From contig NC_042997.1 in assembly GCF_006345805.1 (NCBI RefSeq), positions 15,624,001 through 15,688,000 on the forward strand: a stretch of 64,000 bases of DNA. Reading direction: 5' to 3'. The notes below the pieces were generated by a model. It was given only the letters and a program-made list of their open reading frames with translations, made no database searches and was not told the origin of the DNA. The stretch's first letter is position 1, and every line of letters starts with the position of its first letter. The translations under genes and the position numbers were made by a program. This DNA is from Octopus sinensis (taxonomy: Eukaryota). Positions 37,561-51,769 of the stretch are shown here, piece by piece.

Positions 37561-37960
37561 ACATACATACATGCATACATACATACATACATACATACAT
37601 ACATACATACATACATACATACATACATACATACATACATTGCCTTCGAACGCGGAGTAGATGAAACAGAGACAGCTGAAGAAGGGGAATATTCTTTATA
37701 TTGCATGTCTCGTTTCTCCGTTTTTTTGGTTTTTCGAAAAAAACTTCGTTTCTATGTTTTTGCTTTTATGTTTTCGTTTCTCATTGTTCAACGTTTTTTT
37801 TTATGTCCTGTACCCATATAGGCATGTATATATACATATATATATGTAGGTATGTACATATATGTATGCATGCATATATTTATATATTATTTATATTTTT
37901 ACATGCATACATACATACATACATACATACATACATACATACATACATACATACATACAT

Positions 37961-38302
37961 AGTAGTGACCCCCTTCGGTCAGACACTGACCATAGGTTTG
38001 CACCTAGAGAGTTACTCTCTGAGGCACAAGTCTGGGCAAGGTTGTTTAATGGAAGACCAACAGTCGCCCATGCATACCGGCCTCCCCTCTCCACGTCACC
38101 GATGTTGTCCAAGGGAAAGGCAAGGGCCGATACAGCTTGGCACCTGTGACGTCACAATTCATTTCTACAGCTGAGTGAACTGGAGCAACGTGAAATAAAG
38201 TGTCTTGCTCAAGAACACAACACGCAGCCCGGTCCAGGATTCGAGCTCACAACCTCACGATCGTAAGCTCGACGCTCTAACCACTGAGCCACGCGCCTTC
38301 AC
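37961..38302 (-). mobile_element. SINE-D, full length
   Basis: Closely similar to 29636-29976. Sits inside (CATA)n. Confidence 0.9.
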
Positions 38303-38643
38303 ATACATACATACATACATACATACATACATACATACATACATACATACATACATACATACATGTACCCATACATACATTGATACACACGTATGTGTGC
38401 ACGAGGGTGCAGGAAGTTTGTTTCGCAATAACGAAAACTTGCCTTCGGTTCTGCTGATTGGTATTATTGGCAAGCATCGTTTTCTATAACCGTGGGTTGA
38501 TCTCTATCCTGTGAATAAAATTAAGTAGACTTAATCTGCATGGAAGCCAATCGGATTGATTATACCTATAGTCTAAAAGCTGAGCCTTGTTTCACGTCGA
38601 TATCGTCTGAGAATTACAAACACACGCATATATACATATATTA

Positions 38644-39021
38644 TCTCTCTATATATAAACGGCAGTTTGTCTGTGCGTTTTCTGTGTGTCTGTTTTCTCG
38701 TACCCTCACTCTGACCACGGCTTTCAACCGATTCTGATGAAACTTGACACACACATAGCCCAATGTCATAATTCAAAACTAACGCAGCGAAAATTTTGAA
38801 AAGTTCCCCCAGTTCTGAAAAAAACGATAAAATTCGACATGGGGTCGAGAATCAGAAACCCAAACCACAGACCGTCTAGGGGACGCAACTCCACCTTTTT
38901 TAACTCAAAAATATTTACCATCATTTTTTTCCCATTTTTTTGCTATTTTTGGCTATAACTCTCAAAAATGCTTTATAGTTATTTCCCTTACAAACCTGAG
39001 CAACGCCGGGTGATACTGCTA

Positions 39022-39022
<1 letters not shown>
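38644..39022 (+). mobile_element. Non-autonomous Helitron (second subfamily)
   Basis: 5' TCTCTCTATATATAAAC, 3' CCTGAGCAACGCCGGG..CTAG. The empty site is visible in the paralogous copy at ~43090. Confidence 0.92.
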
Positions 39023-39062
<40 letters not shown>

Positions 39063-39100
39063 TAGGTTTGGTTAAACTAAACATATACATATACATATAT

Positions 39101-39261
39101 ACGACGGGATTCTTTCAGTTTCCGTCAACCAAATCCACTCACAAGGCTTTGGTCAGTCCGAGGCTATAGTAGAAGACACTTGCCCAAGGTGCCACGCAGT
39201 GGGACTGAACCCGGAACCATGTGGTTCGTAAGCAAGTTACTTACCACACAGCCACTCCTGC
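39101..39261 (-). mobile_element. SINE-B head only
   Basis: Duplicated at 43174-43334. Further heads at ~39975-40135, ~44040-44200 and 45524-45681; tail modules at ~39410-39600 and ~43490-43680. Confidence 0.85.
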
Positions 39262-39895
39262 AACTTTTGTTTGTAATGTGCGCAGGTGTAGGGGAATTTG
39301 TGCATATATTTTTAATTCGACATGCTTTCATAACTTAAAAACCGTGAAGGCAGTATTTAACTTTTGTTCATGTTACATGAATGGTTGCTGAGATCATTCT
39401 TAATCCTTGTTTTATCTTTCGCTTGTTCCTTTCTTTGGACTGCAGCTATGCTGGGTCACCGCCTGGAAGTATTTAGTCGAACAATTTGACCATAATACCT
39501 ATCTTTGATAAGCAGGTAGTTATTCTATTGGTATATTATGGGGGCATAACCTAATCAGTACCTGTTGTCAAGCGGTAGAGTGGGGGACAAAGACTCACAC
39601 ACACACATACATGCACACACATATGCATATACCATTAAATGCCAAGGGATGTGAAAGGTGAATATATATATTTAGTCACTTGGCATCCATAAGGTTACGG
39701 CTGTTTCACATCCTTCATCATGTAATAATAATTTCCGTATAATTATGTTTACATGTCTGCACTAATTAATAAAATATTTTTAATGACCATACCAACCTAA
39801 TTTTAGAAGAGCTTTCTGTGATACCCACACGATTCTATGAATCCATATATACATACATATACACACACATGCACACACACATGCACGCACGCGCG

Positions 39896-39977
<82 letters not shown>

Positions 39978-41004
39978 CGCGGGTCTTCTTTCAGTTTCCG
40001 TCTATCAAATCTACTCACACGCTTAGGTCAGTCCTGAAAAAGACACTTGCTCAAAGTGCCATGCAGTGTGACCGAACCCGGAACCATGTTCTTGCATGGA
40101 AGCACGTAAAATTCTTACTGTGCAACCACGCCTGCGCCTATAATTATATTCATTTTTTTTTCAGAAAGAAAATGAAACAAGTCTACCTCACATGTAAATG
40201 ATGATGCCATCTACTGGTGTCTCAAATGACTAGAAATAGCTATCAAATCTTCCTCAAATTTTAACTTAGTGTCTCGAACAATGATGACCACAATGGATAA
40301 TGTTTAAGTATATTAGCCAGAATAGTCGTAGCTGGAATACCTTGATTTATAGGTTTCATCATTGGCCTGTTCAGTCAAGGCTGACCTAGGGTTAAATACA
40401 ATGACATCAGCAACAAACGACGTGACGTTCAAGCAATCTATACAATATGAAAAAGCAAAATAAATATGACACAGTTTGGGAACCGGATATATTCTTTTTA
40501 TGAAATTTCTATTGTTTGAATACAACATGAAGGTAGCACCACCCTCAAAGTTCACACACTACCATTCAACACCTAACAACAACATTGGGTGTATAACGTA
40601 AAACCCTTGTTCTAGTCTCAGTCAGAAAGATTACAAATAATAGCTTTAGTGTGTGAAGTTTAGCTGAACGACTAACCTTCGAAGGAAAAGAAAATGGAAG
40701 TCTGTCGTGGGAGTTACGTCAGAATGTCGTAATACCGTCTATTGTCAGAAATAATTAATGGAAACACGTTGCCTACCTAAATCTTTCCCCATTTCTCGTT
40801 CATAAATTTAGAAATTTAAGGATCACATTCGATTTTCAAGAGAATAATAATGACAATTACTCCAATTTTGTTTTATCCAAGGCCTTTAAGTGTCAGTCGT
40901 CATTTTCGAATGAGTATAGTTTGGAAACATGTATCATACTTTCGCTATTTGCTTTAAGTGCTAATGTAATCGCGAGCAAATATGGACATGCTCTAGACTC
41001 TCTC

Positions 41005-41312
41005 TTTACGTTCCGAGTTCAAATTCCGCCGAGGTCGACTTTGCCTTTCATCCTTTCGGAGTCGATAAATTAGGTACCAGTTACGCACTGTCCTTGTTTG
41101 TCTCCTCTGTGTGTAGCCCCTTGTGGGTAGTAAAGAAATAGGTATTTCGTATGTCTTTACGTTCTGAGTTCAAATTCCGCCGAGGTCGACTTTGCTTTTC
41201 ATCCTTTCGGGGTCGATAAATTAAGTACCAGTTGCGTACTTATGTCGATCTAATCAACTGCCCCTCCCTCCCTCCCTCAAAATTTCGGGCCTTGTGCCTA
41301 GAGCAGAAAAGA
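41005..41312 (+). mobile_element. Two tandem 5'-truncated SINE-A copies
   Basis: The first tail ..TAAAGAAATA joins directly to GGTATTTCGT of the second head at 41141. Confidence 0.88.
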
Positions 41313-42217
41313 ATATAGGGGAAATCCAGAGTCTGGGGTAACTGGAAATGGCTTGCATCGGTAACAATTAATCAATTGCAAAATTTGTACAGGAGTTCGA
41401 TAGGTTCAACTTCACTCCTCATGGCAATTAAATTTATCGAACTACAAATTTTAATATATTTTTATGAAAGAAATCTCACGTATATTGCTTGTGGCGTTTT
41501 AAGATTTCCCATAAAATATATAAATGAATAATATAAAATGAATATTTAATCAGTTCTCCCTAATGTACAGCAATTCCGATATAATTTTCATGTCGTGGTA
41601 CCATATGGTTAACTAAAATTAAATCCTTATTAGAACGTGTCTTGGAGAATGTACAATTTTGTCTGTCAATAAGTGAGAATGATGTAGAATTATGTGTAAA
41701 TTGTTTTTAATTTGTGTCAGACAAGAAAATTATTTTGATTACTCATATTTATCTTAAGACATTGCTTTTTCAACTCTTCTTAAGTTCTATTTCAGGATAT
41801 TATTAAATAAAGGTTGCAATAAATTGACGTTGTTATAAGGATTTAAATTTTAAGCATAGATTAAAATAAGACATATATTAGTTTTGTCTTTGAAATTTAA
41901 TGTTCAAAACACAAATACATACACACACACACAAACGGACCAAAATACACATATTTTAATGAGCTGGAATCTTTTAACTACATTTTGATTTCTTTCTATT
42001 ATTAGCATATGTCTGCACATTTTGAAAGAGAGAGATTGTAATTAACAGAATCACTCACAATTCTTGATTGGTACTTATTCTATCGACGCTGAAAGACGGT
42101 CCCGTCAGAAGTTGAACTCAGAACATTTCCGTCGGTATGCTAATGGTTTTACCATTGTGCTACTTTCTTTTAAATATCAAATTATATTCCTTTATTGGAG
42201 AAAGCGTAGTTCTTATA

Positions 42218-42591
42218 GGAGGCGCAATGGCCCAGTGGTTAGGGCAGCGGACTCGCGGTCATAGGATCGCGATTTCGATTCCCAGACCGGGCGTTGTCAG
42301 TGTTTATTGAGCGAAAACACCTAAAGCTCCACGAGGCTCCGGCAGGGATGGTGGTGATCCCTGCTGTACTCTTTCACCACAACTTTCTTTCACTCTTACT
42401 TCCTGTTTTTGTTGTACCTGTCACGGCCTTGTCACTCTCTGTGTCACGCTGAATATCCCCGAGAACTACGTTAAGGGTACACGTGTCTGTGGAGTGCTCA
42501 GCCACTTACACGTTAATTTCACGAGCTGGCTGTTCCATTGAACGGATCAACCGGAACCCTCGTCGTCGTAACTGACGGAGTGCTTCCATCC
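42218..42591 (+). mobile_element. SINE-C, full length, with 11-bp TSD
   Basis: AGTTCTTATAG occurs at 42208-42218 and 42592-42602. Confidence 0.92.
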
Positions 42592-42715
42592 AGTTCTTAT
42601 AGATGAGGTTCTAATTGATAATTATCTTAACAAGACTGATTGATTGAAAAAAAAAAACCTTCAGTATGATTCGAACTAAGATCAATACGAATAACATGGC
42701 TACTTCTGCCTTCAT

Positions 42716-42765
<50 letters not shown>

Positions 42766-43087
42766 GTATATATAAATATAAATTTATACATACATACATA
42801 CATACATAAATGTACCCATACATACATTGATACACACGTATGTGTGCACGAGGGTGCAGGAAGTTTGTTTCGCAATAACGAAAACTTGCCTTCGGTTCTG
42901 CTGATTGGTATTATTGGCAAGCATCGTTTTCTATAACCGTGGGTTGATCTCTATCCTGTGAATAAAATTAAGTAGACTTAATCTGCATGGAAGCCAATCG
43001 GATTGATTATACCTATAGTCTAAAAGCTGAGCCTTGTTTCACCTCGATATCGTCTGAGAATTACAAACACACGCATATATACATATA

Positions 43088-43135
<48 letters not shown>

Positions 43136-45016
43136 TAGGTTTGGTTAAACTAAACATATACATATACATAAATACGACGGGATTCTTTCAGTTTCCGTCA
43201 ACCAAATCCACTCACAAGGCTTTGGTCAGTCCGAGGCTATAGTAGAAGACACTTGCCCAAGGTGCCACGCAGTGGGACTGAACCCGGAACCATGTGGTTC
43301 GTAAGCAAGTTACTTACCACACAGCCACTCCTGCAACTTTTGTTTGTAATGTGCGCAGGTGTAGGGGAATTTGTGCATATATATTTAATTCGACATGCTT
43401 TCATAACTTAAAAACCGTGAAGGCAGTATTTAACTTTTGTTCATGTTACATGAATGGTTGCTGAGATCATTCTTAATCCTGTTTTATCTTTCGCTTGTTC
43501 CTTTCTTTGGACTGCAGCTATGCTGGGTCACCGCCTGGAAGTATTTAGTCGAACAATTTGACCATAATACCTATCTTTGATAAGCAGGTAGTTATTCTAT
43601 TGGTATATTATGGGGGCATAACCTAATCAGTACCTGTTGTCAAGCGGTTAGAGTGGGGGACAAAGACTCACACACACACATACATGCACACACATATGCA
43701 TATACCATTAAATGCCATGGGATGTGAAAGGTGAATATATATATTTAGTCACTTGGCATCCATAAGGTTACGGCTGTTTCACATCCTTCATCATGTAATA
43801 ATAATTTCCGTATAATTATGTTTACATGTCTGCACTAATTAATAAAATATTTTTAATGACCATACCAACCTAATTTTAGAAGAGCTTTCTGTGATACCCA
43901 CACGATTCTATGAATCCATATATACATACATATACACACACATGCACACACACATGCACGCACGCGCGCACGCACACACACACACACACACACCACACAC
44001 ACACACACACGCACACACACACGCACACACACGCACACACGCGGGTCTTCTTTCAGTTTCCGTCTATCAAATCTACTCACACGCTTAGGTCAGTCCTGAA
44101 AAAGACACTTGCTCAAAGTGCCATGCAGTGTGACCGAACCCGGAACCATGTTCTTGCATGGAAGCACGTAAAATTCTTACTGTGCAACCACGCCTGCGCC
44201 TATAATTATATTCATTTTTTTTTCAGAAAGAAAATGAAACAAGTCTACCTCACATGTAAATGATGATGCCATCTACTGGTGTCTCAAATGACTAGAAATA
44301 GCTATCAAATCTTCCTCAAATTTTAACTTAGTGTCTCGAACAATGATGACCACAATGGATAATGTTTAAGTATATTAGCCAGAATAGTCGTAGCTGGAAT
44401 ACCTTGATTTATAGGTTTCATCATTGGCCTGTTCAGTCAAGGCTGACCTAGGGTTAAATACAATGACATCAGCAACAAACGACGTGACGTTCAAGCAATC
44501 TATACAATATGAAAAAGCAAAATAAATATGACACAGTTTGGGAACCGGATATATTCTTTTTATGAAATTTCTATTGTTTGAATACAACATGAAGGTAGCA
44601 CCACCCTCAAAGTTCACACACTACCATTCAACACCCAACAACAACATTGGGTGTATAACGTAAAACCCACGCTGAATATCCCCGAGAACTACGTTAAGGA
44701 TACACGTGTCTGTGGAGTGCTCAGCCACTTACACGTTAATTTCACGAGCAGGCTGTTCCATTGAACGGATCAACCGGAACCCTCGTCGTCGTAACTGACG
44801 GAGTGCTTCCATCCAGTTCTTATAGATGAGGTTCTAATTGATAATTATCTTAACAAGACTGATTGATTGAAAAAAAAAACCTTCAGTATGATTCGAACTA
44901 AGATCAATACGAATAACATGGCTACTTCTGCCTTCATAAACACACACACACACCACACACACACACATATATATATCATAGTATATATATATTATATAAA
45001 TTTATATTTTATATAC

Positions 45017-45062
<46 letters not shown>

Positions 45063-45468
45063 ATATATATATATATATATAATACACACTCTCACACACA
45101 TATATTGTATGTGTGTGAAATAAATGCATGCTTAAATCTAGGTATACAAATCGAAAATTAAAAATTCGTTTTTGAGGTTAAACTCGAAGTAAATACAGCT
45201 ATAAATAATCCTATCTACTGGAAGCACAAGGCCTCAAATTTGGGGGAGGGGATTAAGTCAATTACATCGACCCCAGTGCGTAACTGGTACTTAATTTATC
45301 GACTCTGATGGGATGAAAGGCAAAGTCGACCCCGGCGGCACTTGAAATACAACTATAAATAATAGTTTGGAAATATTGTATATCTAGATTTATGCATGCA
45401 TTTATTTCACACACAATTATAATTACAAACGTAAACACACACATGCGCACACACGAACACACGCACGC

Positions 45469-45514
<46 letters not shown>

Positions 45515-45847
45515 TATACATACACGACGGGTTTCTAGTTTCCGTCTACCAAATCCACTCACAAGGCTTTGGTCGGCCCAATGCTATAGTAGAAGAGATT
45601 TGCACAAGGTGCCACGCAGTGGGACTGAACCCGGAACCATGTGGTTGGTAAGCAAGCTATTTATCACACAGCCACTCCTGCGCCTATGTATTTAATATAT
45701 ATACATACACACACACACACGCACACACATACACACACGCACACACAATAAACATACATATATATGTGTATATATGTATGTATGTGTCATGCCTAATAGT
45801 GTTTATCTGCGTCACTACATGCATACATATCCATATGTGTGTGTGTA

Positions 45848-45885
<38 letters not shown>

Positions 45886-45944
45886 GTGTGTGCGCGTGTG
45901 TGTATGCACGTATTATGTATGTGTCTGTGCATACAATTATATCT

Positions 45945-46177
45945 GTTTCTTTATTGCCCACAAGGGGCTAAACATAGAGGGGACAAACAAGAACACACAA
46001 ACGGATTAAGTCGATTACATCGACCCCAGTGCGTAACTGGTACTTAATTTATCGACCCCGAAAGGATGAAAGGCAAAGTCGACCTCGGCGGAAGTTAAAC
46101 TCAGAACGCAACGACAGACTCAGTACCGCTAAGCATTTCGCCCGGTGTGCTAACGTTTCTGCCAGCTCGCCGCCTTA
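45945..46177 (-). mobile_element. SINE-A, full length
   Basis: Complete head, central domain and tail. Partial copies at ~45225-45345 (-) and ~48095-48222 (+). Confidence 0.9.
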
Positions 46178-46658
46178 ATTATAATTGTGTGTGAAATAAA
46201 TGCATGCATACAATTATATCTGTGTGTAGCACTGTAAATTAGTGCACTGAGTTACCGCCCTTTACATGAAACGGTGAGAGGACCTCATCAAGAAAACTAT
46301 TATGTATCACGTGATATCACTCTGCCTCAGCTAAAATCCCTTTCGTGGTATCACGTTCGGTGGTATCACGTTCGGTGGTATCACGTAAAGAATTCATGAC
46401 ACAGTTAGACCGAAAGATAAATCTCAGGTAGTAAGTATTATGATAACAATGGTTGGTTGGTTGGTTGGAGAAGTATACATAACGATTATGGGGGCAGCAG
46501 TTTTATGATTTTATGATTGAGTTAAGATGTATAGGATTAAGGTGGCACTTTCTTTTATATTGTATTTTATATATGAGAGAAGACATAGTAGACCATACGT
46601 TAAGCTTATATACATACACACACAAATATATATATATATCTATATATCTATATATATA

Positions 46659-46708
<50 letters not shown>

Positions 46709-47479
46709 ATATATGTATATAAGCTTACTTACTTACATATATATGTTTGTGCGTATGTATTACGTATGTATGTAATAAAAAGAAAATCATATTATATCGG
46801 GTGGAAGCTAAGTTGCTTATATTCATATGCATCTAACAAAGAGATTTTACTTACTGGGTCAGCACAATGCAAAGAGGTTATTGTAAACATTTCCCATCAA
46901 ATCAAAGATTGACTTCGATGGTGAAAGTAAAGAAAGAAGAGTAGGTATTCAACAAAATGGCGATATTATTAAATTTTAAAATAGAATTGCTATTTTACGA
47001 CCGAACTGGTTGTCATACCGGAACTTACACAATCATTACGTAATTCCTTTGACAAGATTCCTTTCTTGCTTCGTTTTTAACAGCTTTTTGGGTGAGAGAA
47101 CATCAACACCTTTTATTGTTGTATGCGTTGTGCTTCTATGAATATGTATATATTTACACGCTCATAAATATATATATATATATACAATAAAATACACGCA
47201 CGCACATACACGTGCTTATACACACACATACACACATACACATATATATTTTATGTCTGTGTATGTGTTGATAGTATAGTAAGTACCAAAATTTGAAGGA
47301 ACACCACCCTAAAAAGACGTCCGGTTCGTTATATATGACATGTTTACACATGTAAACAACTCAGAAACGCACGCATACACACGCATCGACACAGGCACGC
47401 ACACATACATTTACATTTACACACACACACACACAAGCACACACACACGCGTGCACACACACACGCGTGCACACACACA

Positions 47480-47510
<31 letters not shown>

Positions 47511-47938
47511 CATTATCAATATTTTTGGGGAATTTATTCTCTAGTTTTTCTCAAATTTTTCCAAAGTTTCCACTTAATTTTCTCTCGTTCTCTTCTCTTC
47601 CTGAACTCGTGGGTTCATTTTTCGCGTTTTATCCTCCTTTCTCTTTTTTCTCCTTTTCTCTTATAAGTTTTGTGTAAGTCTCTGTCACATTCCTCTCGCC
47701 ATTCCACGTGCCTCACTTAATTTCCTCTATAACAGAACTATTTGTTTGTACCAATAGAGTATTGCACTCTCTCCTCTCTTGCTCATAATCTATTCCACTG
47801 CGTCTCAGCCCTATATCCTTACAGACACTTTTATCAGCCAACCCCACATTACTCTCGTCTTCACATTTGCATCCGTTTTACTTCAAATTTGCAACACTTC
47901 TCACCTTACTTCCAAATTTCCTTACACTCAAAGATTAT

Positions 47939-48028
<90 letters not shown>

Positions 48029-49126
48029 TGTCTATCTAAAAAAAAACACGGATATACTTCAATATACTTCAATATACTTCAATACACAGAATTCGAATTC
48101 CGCCGAGGTCGACTTTGCCTTTCATCCTTTCGGGGTCGATAAATAAAGTACCAGTTTCGCACTGGGATCGATGTAATCGACTTAATCCCTTTGTCTGTCC
48201 TTGTTTGTCCCCTCTATGTTTAAATCTCCATCTGGCCCCTAATCCTTCGTCCGTTGCTTTTTCTCTTTTCAACTAACTTTCCTCTTTCACACGTCTTTAA
48301 TTTACTTCTTTACTTTTCTTCTGATGAAAGTCAAGCGTCCAAAATGCTATGACTCTTTCCTGTCATGTTCAAGCGTTAAACTAATACTATTTGATAAATC
48401 TTATCCTTCCTGTGTTATCCTTTTACTTATATTTGTTCAATACTAATGATTCATACAGCCGTTGCTCTGCGTTTCTTGCTTTTATATGTTCCTTTAAAAT
48501 CTAAATGGACGAACTGGTTTAGGCTCTTCCACCTAATCCGTAACCGACATGGGGCCGACAGGAAACACTCTGAAAAAGTATGTGCACCAATGCAATAGTT
48601 TTTTTTTTCACGCCACTATCTCCTAAAACTTGACATCGCTAGCCAGTCACATCTGGCAATCTAACGATAGTGAAGTAAATGCAATCCTCACAGGGGAAAT
48701 TATAAGCAAAGTATTTGCGCTTAAGAACGGATCTAAACCCCACAAATTGTGCATCGCAGTAAAGCTCTACATCATCTCCCATCCCTCCTGAATCCTAAAT
48801 AAACACTCGATGTTATCTCAATTTACCAATTTTAGCCGATAAACTCCTTAAAAGAGCTTGGTAGCTGTTAAAAGAGCTTGGTAGCTTTGACTACTTTTCT
48901 CGTCAAGTTAAATAAATAGTAAAATTAAATAATTTAACGACCATTTAACTATATTAGACTACTTGATGAGTGTGGTTGACTGTGAATTCAATTGCTCGAA
49001 GTCTTCGGGCATGAAGTAATCCTGTTTATTCATATAGAATTTATGTGTGTGTGTATGTGTGCGTGTGTGTTTATATATATTTGTGTGCGTATGTGTATGT
49101 ATATATAAATATATACATGTATATAC

Positions 49127-49176
<50 letters not shown>

Positions 49177-49499
49177 TGAGAGAGAGAGAAATAGGCAGAT
49201 AGAAAGAGCAACCTAGCTAGCTGTATGTACATGTACGTATGGATATGTATATATACACCGAAGTATATGTGAATAAAGTGTTCGGAAATATGTCGAAGAT
49301 ATTTTTCGTGTAAAACCATTTGGCATAATATTCGAGAAAAATTAATTTATTCATGTCTAGTGCAAATAATGAAATTAAATGAAATGATAGTTAAAACGAA
49401 ACGAGCATAGAAAATAAAACTGTCTTACGTATTTAGGTAAATACATGCATACATTAAACATATCTCTACGGGCACGAGCTTGTGTTTTTACATATTCGG

Positions 49500-49860
49500 A
49501 AATTCAGCTGGCCGAAGAAGAATTAGAGAGACTGTTTAGAGTGGAGGAGGAAAAGAGAGAACTAAAAGTCGAAATAAAGGAAAGAAAATTAAAGGAGACG
49601 GTGTATGGTATTACGTAACCTACCCGAAGAATATTGAAACAGAGAAGAAAATACTCAAGTTCAACCAAATAGTAAGAGTAAAGGTACCAACATATGCAGA
49701 GGACATGAAGGCGATAGTAATTGAAGGGGAAAGTTATAAGAGACTGCAAGAAACGTGTGGAGATAATATTGACCCATCAGGAGTAAGGGTGGAATTTAAA
49801 GAATTGCCAACTGTTGTGGATTTAGTAGAAATCGAACCACCGTTATACCTGGTTGTAATA
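49500..49860 (+). pseudogene. Decayed coding-like stretch, possibly a LINE ORF1 (RRM-type) remnant
   Basis: Purine-rich, frameshifted reading QLAEEELERLFRVEEEKRELKVEIKERKLKETVYGIT / ..KILKFNQIVRVKVPTYAEDMKAIVIEGESYKRL. No diagnostic motif. Confidence 0.3.
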
Positions 49861-49879
49861 TGCAGTAATCATCAATCGT

Positions 49880-50264
49880 GGAGGCGCAATGGCCCAGTGG
49901 TTAGGGCAGCGGACTCGCGGTCATAGGATCGCGGTTTCGATTCCCAGACCGGGCGTTGTGAGTGTTTATTGAGCGAAAACACCTAAAGCTCCACGAGGCT
50001 CCGGCAGGGATGATGATGATCCCTGCTGTACTCTTTCACCACAATTTTCTCTCACTCTTACTTCCTGTTTCTGTTGTACCTGTATTTCAAAGGGCCGGCC
50101 TTGTCACTCTCTGTGCCACGCTGAATATCCCCGAGAACTACGTTAAGGGTACACGTGTCTGTGGAGTGCTCATCCACTTACACGTTAATTTCACGAGCAG
50201 GCTGTTCCGTTGACTCGGATCAACCGGAACCCTCGTCGTCGTAACCGACGGAGTGCTTCCATCC
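49880..50264 (+). mobile_element. SINE-C, full length, with imperfect ~20-bp TSD
   Basis: AATATGCAGTAATCATCAATC on the left and AATATGCAGTATCATCGATC on the right. Confidence 0.92.
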
Positions 50265-50984
50265 AATATGCAGTATCATCGATCATAACAAATAACGCTA
50301 TTTGAGTTCGCTAGATATGTACCTATGATTACACATAATGCCCTAGTTAAAAATTAAGGACGCTCTTAGAAGTGTAAATAAGTAAATATTCCGAACATCT
50401 CTTATGTAATCTCCAGCAACTCTATTTGACTTTCCATTGTCTCTGTTTTTAATTTGTTTATTCTCCAATCTTATTTTTTAATTGCTTAATAATACATATA
50501 TCCCAGAAACAGCTGTAAGACTAGCTTATTCTTTATTAATGTCCGGAAAACTTTACACAACCTTGGCTTTGTTGTCTCATTTTTTTAAACATATACGGTA
50601 TAAATCTGGGTTGCGTAAATAGGTATACTAAATAAATGATGTGTTGTTATGTGTGGCCAGGGTTTATTACTCGTTAATATAATTAAAACAAATCAACTCG
50701 GTTAGAATAGGATAAATCATTCGTTTAATCGTATAATATATTAATGGCAGCACTAGCAATTAGTATGTTAGTCAGTGATCTAACTTTAATGTGAATATAT
50801 TAAAGAGAATTATAACTCCAGGTGTGCATCGTGTATCAAAGATAAATAGTTCAGTTAGTCGAAGTAAATTGAATATAATTGTGGTTTATGATATTATGCC
50901 CTACCACGTGGTAAGGGGGGGTCAAAGGGAGGTAATCAGAGGTTAGACCAGTCAGTTAATAAACAGTAATGTAAGGTAGGTATT

Positions 50985-51205
50985 AGCGGTATTTAAAGAA
51001 TAAGAATTTACTTTTATGTAAGCATGCTTGTTTTTCTCGTCTCGTTTATTAAGCAATTCTGACTTGGCCATTAAAATGAAGAATTTCTCATTTATGCATA
51101 AATTGCATTGTTTATTTCTAAGGTTGTATGAAAGTGTTTTTGTAGAGTTAGTCTTATTTCTATTCCCGAAGCTTGAAAGATGAGAATTATATGTAAGTTC
51201 CATTT
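50985..51205 (-). pseudogene. PLE GIY-YIG endonuclease C-terminal remnant
   Basis: TYNSHLSSFGNRNKTNST..CNLCINEKFFIL..LLNKRDE resembles the RYxNHxxSFxN..CNLCLxEK..LLNKRxE pattern of invertebrate PLE endonucleases (from recall). Confidence 0.6.
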
Positions 51206-51347
51206 CATACATACATACGTATGTATGTATGTATGTATGTATGTATGTATGTATGTATGTATGTATGTATGTATGTATGTATGTATGTATGTATGTATGT
51301 ATGTATGTATGTATGTATGTATGTATGTATGTATGTGTGTATGTATG

Positions 51348-51409
<62 letters not shown>

Positions 51410-51489
51410 TGTATGTATGTGTGTATGTATGTATATATGTATGTATGTATGTATATATGTATGTATGTGTGTATGTATGTATATATGTA

Positions 51490-51520
<31 letters not shown>

Positions 51521-51769
51521 ATGTATGTATGTATGTATGCATGCATGTATGTATGTATGCATGCATGTATGTATGTATGTATGTGTGTGTGTGTGTGTGT
51601 GTGTGTATGTATGAATGTATAAAAGATAGCTAAAAGTTAAATATAGAAAGGAGTAGAATAAATATGATATATCAGCAGCTGGGGTATTGGAATTAAAGTG
51701 TCATTGCGGAAAGATCTGCGAGAATGAGAACGGGCTCAAGATACACCAAGCTATATCCGTCTGTGGAAA

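Larger units (their letters stand above)
38364..44950. repeat. Tandem segmental duplication A-B-C / A'-C' (or an uncollapsed haplotype)
   Basis: 38364-40606 matches 42811-44668 (which lacks the Helitron); 42446-42730 matches 44669-44950; 40607-42445 is absent from the second copy. Confidence 0.9.

Noticed and set aside
37640-37850. Hammerhead in a ~200-nt family (also 63190-63400, minus)
   Set aside because: CTGA(A/T)GA and a plausible stem II exist, but neither copy has GAAA or a helix III. Kept only as an unclassified repeat.
38734-38740. CTGATGA in the Helitron (also near 52304, 35219 minus, 48328 and 54833 minus)
   Set aside because: No compatible stem I, stem II and GAAA arrangement; consistent with chance 7-mers.
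42218-42295. tRNA genes at SINE heads
   Set aside because: A/B-box-like motifs are present, but acceptor and anticodon stems do not pair and each head runs into a SINE body.
46966-47052. AAAATGGCG start-like context
   Set aside because: The frame closes after 28 codons, with no donor site or recognisable protein.
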